Of a stretch of DNA of 40,710 nt, positions 36,028-40,710 are shown piece by piece. The stretch is from the UHGV virus genome UHGV-0247404, one strand, 5' to 3'. This stretch comes from a virus. Under the pieces are notes generated by a model. The model did not search any database, was not told the DNA's origin, and saw only the letters and a program-made list of their open reading frames with translations. Made by a program: the position numbers and the translations under genes. Positions within the stretch are counted from its first letter, which is position 1; each line of letters starts with the position of its first letter.

Positions 36028-36872
36028 TTAGATATATTTCAAATGTTGTAAAAGGCGAAATAATCAATATAGGCATAGTTATGAACATACCCTCAAGTGG
36101 GGAAGTAAAATACCAGATATTAACCCCAAAAAATAGTAAATTTAAGGCAATTTTGAATTCGAAAGTTGACGAAAAAACATATAAGTTAGGTCATGACGTT
36201 TTTAATCATATTTTAAAGTCTGTAGATAATAATAATTTAAGCTTTGGCTTAAACCCGTCTTCTGAGACATTTATAAATCAATTTGTAAGTCAGAACCTTC
36301 CAAAAGGTTTTGTATTTTCTGATGTTCGCTTCGCTAAATCAAGTAATGTCGACCTATTATTTAATAATTTGCTTGAAGAATACGTAGGGAGCAAATTTTT
36401 AAATGAAGAGCTTGGTAGCAACTCTATGGTTGTTAAAAAGAAAGCTATACAGTTAATAAATAAAAAAAATAATTTGGATAAATTAATCAAGAAAAATATA
36501 AAAATTAAGCCTGTTAAGGAACTTCCAAAATCATATAGTATTGATTTTGGTTATAAATTTGATCATGGATTAGAGTTTATTCAATCTGCTCCTGATAAAA
36601 TTACATCATCTTATGATTGGCTTGAAAGAATGAGTTTTATAACGGACAATTATTATAAAGCGGATAAGTTTACTTTAGTATACAATTCTTTGAGTGAGTC
36701 TAATATTGATGGCACGTTAGATCAAATGATAAATTATTTAACTAGTAAAGACGAAAGAGTTATTGCTTATGATATATTTAGCACTCAAGGAGAACAATCC
36801 TTCAATGAAGATTTGATTCACATAGAGAAGTATGCGCAGCCAGTTGAAGAATTGGAAAAAGTACTAGCTTAG
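35982..36872 (+). CDS. DUF3037-like protein (GTG start, 46-nt overlap with upstream kinase gene)
   Basis: SD ggaggtga then GTG 35982; N-term VVWYSIIRYISNVVKGEIINIGIV matches the DUF3037 N-terminal signature. Confidence 0.5.
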   Translation: MERIIQQRRVVWYSIIRYISNVVKGEIINIGIVMNIPSSGEVKYQILTPKNSKFKAILNSKVDEKTYKLGHDVFNHILKSVDNNNLSFGLNPSSETFINQFVSQNLPKGFVFSDVRFAKSSNVDLLFNNLLEEYVGSKFLNEELGSNSMVVKKKAIQLINKKNNLDKLIKKNIKIKPVKELPKSYSIDFGYKFDHGLEFIQSAPDKITSSYDWLERMSFITDNYYKADKFTLVYNSLSESNIDGTLDQMINYLTSKDERVIAYDIFSTQGEQSFNEDLIHIEKYAQPVEELEKVLA

Positions 36873-36998
36873 ATGAACGCATTTGATCTTTTTTTAAAGC
36901 TAAAAGAAATATCAGAAAAAGAGCTCATGAAGAAAGTGCTGTATATCAGTGACGTAAATATGATAATACAATATGTTGAAATTAAGATGACTGCTTAG
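36873..36998 (+). CDS. small hypothetical protein (41 aa)
   Basis: ATG directly after previous stop; not in track. Confidence 0.25.
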   Translation: MNAFDLFLKLKEISEKELMKKVLYISDVNMIIQYVEIKMTA

Positions 36999-37012
36999 AC
37001 GGTCAATAAAGA

Positions 37013-37049
37013 AAGCCTCGCTCCATATAGGGAGCGAGGCTTATTTTTT
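37013..37049. terminator. bidirectional terminator (12-bp perfect stem)
   Basis: aagcctcgctcc-atatag-ggagcgaggctt flanked by T-runs. Confidence 0.7.
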
Positions 37050-37296
37050 ATACACTAATCAAAAAATTTCTTACAAGCATTTTATCAATGACAAGTTGAT
37101 TTCGTTTATTCAAATGACCATAGACAGCTAGTTCAGATTTTTCAGGTAACATTAGTAGCGTATTTGCCAGCTCGTGTTTGGAGACGATACAGTTTATAGT
37201 TTCGTCCTGTGTTACTAATGAGAATCGAACAAGCATTTTTGGGTACATACTTAACATTCTAATCTTTTTAACTACTCCTACATAATTAGTTTTCAT
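37048..37296 (-). CDS. hypothetical protein with own promoter
   Basis: Minus-strand TAGACA-18-TATAAT and SD gggaggg upstream. Confidence 0.4.
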   Translation of the reverse strand: MKTNYVGVVKKIRMLSMYPKMLVRFSLVTQDETINCIVSKHELANTLLMLPEKSELAVYGHLNKRNQLVIDKMLVRNFLISV

Positions 37297-37365
37297 AATA
37301 TCGCCCTCCCAGTAATGTAATTATACCGAATGTATGTTCGTTTTGTCTATAGGTTTGTATAAATG

Positions 37366-37426
37366 TAATATTTTAGGTATATGATTTTGTTTATTAGTGT
37401 AAATAACACTATGTACCTAAAATTTA
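37366..37426. other. inverted repeat (ATTTTAGGTA...TACCTAAAAT) with central AGTGT-AAATA-ACACT palindrome: candidate attP
   Basis: Read directly; overlaps the integrase stop codon. Confidence 0.3.
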
Positions 37427-38811
37427 TATTTAATAATTACCTCATCATCAAATAGTTCTATACGTTCAACAAACTCTTTGATGATAAGGATTTTATTTTC
37501 TGTAGTTTCAGTTTCCCAATTAAAAGTTTTTAACGTTTCAAGCTTATTAATTAATGACTCACTTTTGGTACCTTCTAAGTTTGCTATATTGGCAGTTAAC
37601 GCATTTATTTCATTATCAATTTTTTTCATACGTTCATTAAGCATTGTGACATCAAATGTACCATATTGATACAAATCTAGAATTTTTTGTTTTTCGTTAT
37701 GCTTCTTGGAAATTTGGTTGTTAATAGTGGTGATTTTTGATTTTGTTTTATTTTCAACTTGTTTTAATTCACGTTCGATTTTTTTGAAGTCTAATGATTT
37801 AAGTGAATCTATTACTTTCTTTTCAACTACTTCTTGTCTGAGACTAGGTTGTTTGCAGTTCCAATCTTTTACTAGCGAAGGTAGCATTTTCTTTACTGAT
37901 CTACACATATAATAATTATATCGATATTTTTTGCCTCCTGATACATAACGAAATACTTTAGCTCCGCATTTACCACAATAAGTAATCCCTAATAAAAGCC
38001 CTAATTGATTTCCATGCTGTTCGCCACCTTTTTGAGCCATTCTGGCAATAATTTCTTGAGCTTTATCGTACATAGATTTATCAATTATAGGTGTGTGATG
38101 GCCATCATACACTTTGCCGTCCCAACTTATTTTGCCAATGTATAATGGATTTGTTAAGGCATATTTTACTATGGTTAGTGTTTTTACCTTATCTGGGTAT
38201 TTTGCAACCATACGTTTTGTTATATATTGCTGTCCTTTACCTTGGTTCACATATAAATCATAGATTTCTTGAATAATTTGCGCCTCGTAATCATTGATAA
38301 TTAATTCTCCATCCACATAATCGTAACCTAAGGGAACAATGCCACTTCCGTGATAGTATCCTTGTTTTGCACGTTCTGTTCTTCCCATGTGCATTCTTTC
38401 TGTAATTGTGTCTCGCTCTAATTGTGCAAAAACGGATAGCATTCCTATCGTCGCACGGCCAAAAGGTGTTGATGTGTCAAAGCTTTCTTGCATGCTGATA
38501 AAGTCTACATTATTTTTTAGAAATACATCTTCAATTAAATACAATGTATTCTTTTGTGAACGTGAAAGCCTGTCTAATTTATAGACTAGAACCACATCAA
38601 TTTTTTTATTTTGAATATCAGATATCATTTCCTGTAATGCAGGGCGCTCCATTTTTGCTCCTGAAAACCCTGGATCAGTATATATTTTTGTAACTGCCAT
38701 ATCTTTTGCTTTTGCAAAAGCTTTTAGTTTATCTGTTTGTGCGGGAATGCTGTATCCTTCCTTGGCTTGTTCCATTGTGGATACACGTATATACAATGCT
38801 GCACGTTTCAT
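37417..38811 (-). CDS. int: large serine recombinase (integrase)
   Basis: N-terminal resolvase domain MKRAALYIRVSTMEQ (catalytic Ser), recombinase domain, zinc-ribbon CGKCGAK...C, C-terminal coiled coil; SD aaggag. Confidence 0.9.
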   Translation of the reverse strand: MKRAALYIRVSTMEQAKEGYSIPAQTDKLKAFAKAKDMAVTKIYTDPGFSGAKMERPALQEMISDIQNKKIDVVLVYKLDRLSRSQKNTLYLIEDVFLKNNVDFISMQESFDTSTPFGRATIGMLSVFAQLERDTITERMHMGRTERAKQGYYHGSGIVPLGYDYVDGELIINDYEAQIIQEIYDLYVNQGKGQQYITKRMVAKYPDKVKTLTIVKYALTNPLYIGKISWDGKVYDGHHTPIIDKSMYDKAQEIIARMAQKGGEQHGNQLGLLLGITYCGKCGAKVFRYVSGGKKYRYNYYMCRSVKKMLPSLVKDWNCKQPSLRQEVVEKKVIDSLKSLDFKKIERELKQVENKTKSKITTINNQISKKHNEKQKILDLYQYGTFDVTMLNERMKKIDNEINALTANIANLEGTKSESLINKLETLKTFNWETETTENKILIIKEFVERIELFDDEVIIKYKF

Positions 38812-38838
38812 ATAAAATTGCTCCTTTCAATATAAATA

Positions 38839-39012
38839 CTAGTTGTTTTCATCAATATTTTCTAACTGTAAAAACAATTTGGCGTAGTCGGCTTTCAACT
38901 CCTGATATTCTTCTTCGGTAAATATATAGCTAGGTCCAGTGCGAAGGTTTAAATTTATATATTCGATATTTAGTTCATCGCATAGTCTTTTTTCAACATC
39001 ATATTTATTCAT
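38839..39012 (-). CDS. small hypothetical protein (57 aa) upstream of integrase
   Basis: Minus ATG at 39012 with SD aaaggaa; MNKYDVEKRLCDELNIEYINL...; not in track. Confidence 0.3.
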   Translation of the reverse strand: MNKYDVEKRLCDELNIEYINLNLRTGPSYIFTEEEYQELKADYAKLFLQLENIDENN

Positions 39013-39077
39013 AGTATAGTTCCTTTCGAATGTATGTTCTTACTTTTTGAAAAAGAAAAGCCCTAAGGCTATTCCTT

Positions 39078-39278
39078 TTACTTGAACAAATCCCAAAAGC
39101 TAAAAGTTGTTTTATTATACACTTTATTATACATAGCTTTTTTGGGGTTCTTAATGAAACCAGTTCCTTTTTGCCCATAACCAGGAATTACTGCTTTTTT
39201 AAGCTTACGTTTAGCTTTTCCAGTAGTACGAGCACTTATTGATTTTTTTATACTTGGTTTACGCATTCCTACTTTCAT
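39078..39278 (-). CDS. small basic protein
   Basis: ORF track; Lys-rich. Confidence 0.35.
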   Translation of the reverse strand: MKVGMRKPSIKKSISARTTGKAKRKLKKAVIPGYGQKGTGFIKNPKKAMYNKVYNKTTFSFWDLFK

Positions 39279-39303
39279 ATTTGTTTCCTTTCATCTAGTA
39301 AAC

Positions 39304-39837
39304 TTAATCTAATGACAATTCAGCTTGTAATGCCTTGTATTTTGAGACAATTTCAGCTTGTTTAGTATCATAAAGAGCTGAATATGTTTTATAACTTCCT
39401 GTTGGATTAGTGGCCAGTTCTTTAAATTCTATGGCATTTAAATAAAATTCTTTAACGCTATCAAATTCACTTTCCAAAGATTTATTCTTCATTTTTTTTA
39501 ATTTTCCAAAAGTATCTTTAGCTTCATTTTCTTGATCCTTAATTTTTGCTAGTGTTCCTTCTTTAACAAATAAATCCTCTTGAGCAGCTATAGCACTATT
39601 AAAATCAGAATAAGCTTTTCCATCAATAAATGCATATTTATCAAAAATAGCTTGGTTCCATACTTTCAGATACTTTAGTCCAACTTTGTCAGATGAAACG
39701 ACTAAATCATAACTTTGTTTTGTTAATGTAGATAAAGATTCTGAGTATTCTTTATTGCTAGAACCACATCCAGTTAGTATTAATATGCCTACCATACAAA
39801 CAATTACACTTAAAAGCATTTTAAACTTTATTTTCAT
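39304..39837 (-). CDS. lipoprotein (candidate superinfection-exclusion, Ltp/Sie-like position)
   Basis: Signal peptide plus lipobox LTGC; sits between repressor operon and integrase. Confidence 0.6.
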   Translation of the reverse strand: MKIKFKMLLSVIVCMVGILILTGCGSSNKEYSESLSTLTKQSYDLVVSSDKVGLKYLKVWNQAIFDKYAFIDGKAYSDFNSAIAAQEDLFVKEGTLAKIKDQENEAKDTFGKLKKMKNKSLESEFDSVKEFYLNAIEFKELATNPTGSYKTYSALYDTKQAEIVSKYKALQAELSLD

Positions 39838-39900
39838 TTTTAAAACTCCCCATTTCTGATATAATGTATTTAATGAATAATTCTCATAAATGAGGAAAGA

Positions 39901-39928
39901 GTTCCGTGTTGTAGCACGGGGCTTTTTT
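39901..39928. terminator. hairpin plus T-run immediately after ImmA-like gene stop
   Basis: gttccgtg-ttgtag-cacggggc then TTTTTT. Confidence 0.4.
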
Positions 39929-40400
39929 ATTGTAAATTTGTATTTAAAATCATGACTGACAAATCATTAAACTCAAAAATTCTCCCTTTATAAAAATGGG
40001 TATCACCAAATTTTTGTCGATAATAGGCGAGTACATTTTTTAGTGTTTCCACGTCTACCCCTAAAAATTCAGCGCACGTGTAATGATTACTGAATCCTGA
40101 TTCTGAACACTTAATTAAATCATCTAAAGTGACTAATTGTTCTAAAGCATATTGTCTAGCTTTTAATTCTTGTTTGCGATTTTCTAAACAATCCTGGTTT
40201 AATATATCGCCAAACGAAGTATCATGGTGACCAAGTTCTTCAGCTAGCACATTTCTTTTTTCAACTAGACTCAACGATTTTTCAATATAAATTCTACCAT
40301 CACGGTACAACCCATAGCATCCAGTATTTTGAAACAAATCTGTTTCAATAACTGGTGCTTTTTTCTGTACCTCTGACACCAACAGTTCATATTCGTTCAT
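39927..40400 (-). CDS. ImmA/IrrE-like metallopeptidase homolog with atypical zinc motif
   Basis: Minus ATG 40400 with SD aggag, 16 nt after repressor stop; AEELGHHD in place of canonical HEXXH. Track start 40487 lies inside the repressor gene. Confidence 0.45.
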   Translation of the reverse strand: MNEYELLVSEVQKKAPVIETDLFQNTGCYGLYRDGRIYIEKSLSLVEKRNVLAEELGHHDTSFGDILNQDCLENRKQELKARQYALEQLVTLDDLIKCSESGFSNHYTCAEFLGVDVETLKNVLAYYRQKFGDTHFYKGRIFEFNDLSVMILNTNLQ

Positions 40401-40416
40401 AAAATACTCCTGAAAA

Positions 40417-40710
40417 TTATTCTTTATCATCTGATTCATCATCAAAAAGATGTTTACATTCTTTTTGCTTTCTATCATAATCAGCATCCACTTTATCTAG
40501 AAATTGATTAATTTTAAGTTTCTCTTCATCAGTAAATACTTTATCAGGATCTGGTGAATGCGCAGCTAAAGTATCATATTTTTTCTTGTTAATGTTAACC
40601 ACATTATTAGAAGTTTTGTTTTGTTGTGCTAATTGTTCTTTCGCAGTATCATATACAATTTTTTGTCTTTCTGGTTCTAATTGATTATATGTTTCTTCTA
40701 TAGAAGAAAC
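40417..40710 (-). CDS. C-terminal part of the same wrap-around repressor gene (no S24 peptidase domain)
   Basis: Minus-strand frame from 40710 reads VSSIEETYNQLEPERQKIVYDTAKEQ...DDESDDKE, stop at 40417-40419. VSSIEET is encoded by the 20 bp shared with positions 1-20, so the frame is continuous. Total about 174 aa. Confidence 0.7.
   Translation of the reverse strand, partial: VSSIEETYNQLEPERQKIVYDTAKEQLAQQNKTSNNVVNINKKKYDTLAAHSPDPDKVFTDEEKLKINQFLDKVDADYDRKQKECKHLFDDESDDKE

Overview
The window is a complete, circularly permuted temperate siphovirus genome from a low-GC Firmicute host (Enterococcus/Listeria/Lactobacillus-like gene content and AT-rich codon usage). The first 20 bp and last 20 bp are identical (gtttcttctatagaagaaac, itself a perfect palindrome). 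A minus-strand cI-like HTH repressor gene reads in frame across that junction, so the window is a circular phage contig opened inside the repressor gene with a 20-bp assembly overlap; unique length is about 40,690 bp.

Module order:
- Lysogeny switch: divergent promoters with a 15-bp palindromic operator (ATGAATTTAATTCAT) at three places.
- Early region on the plus strand: Cro-like HTH, small ORFs, AAA ATPase, Sak4-like RecA-family ATPase, DUF669-like protein, SF2 DEAH helicase, small orphan DNA methyltransferase, YopX, PriCT_1 primase-polymerase/helicase, an ori-like iteron/hairpin region, RusA, and an ArpU-like late activator.
- Packaging and head: TerS, TerL, portal, minor head protein, scaffold, and capsid. 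There is no prohead protease; scaffold and capsid carry L27-like Prp cleavage motifs.
- Tail: major tail protein, Ig-like (BIG2) protein, G/GT chaperone with a G_GGA_AAG -1 frameshift, TMP, Dit, Tal with an HxH repeat array, and a BppU-like receptor-binding protein.
- Lysis: holin and amidase endolysin, followed by a phage tRNA (anticodon CAU).
- Accessory cassette between the tRNA and integrase: an atypical HipA/PI3K-like kinase-fold protein translationally coupled to a DUF3037-like protein, bracketed by strong terminators.
- Minus-strand lysogeny genes: large serine integrase, a lipoprotein (Sie/Ltp-like candidate), an ImmA-like peptidase, and the repressor.

Most notable:
1. The kinase + DUF3037-like two-gene cassette is a candidate undescribed defence/abortive-infection system.
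2. A duplicated, conserved ~60-nt recoding cassette sits at the 3' ends of both the capsid and major-tail genes. It has the same -1 frame, a GGGAAAG heptamer on the tail copy, and a co-varying downstream hairpin. It encodes a ~20-aa Ig-strand-like C-terminal tag, and a separately translated BIG2 protein lies in frame after a stop.
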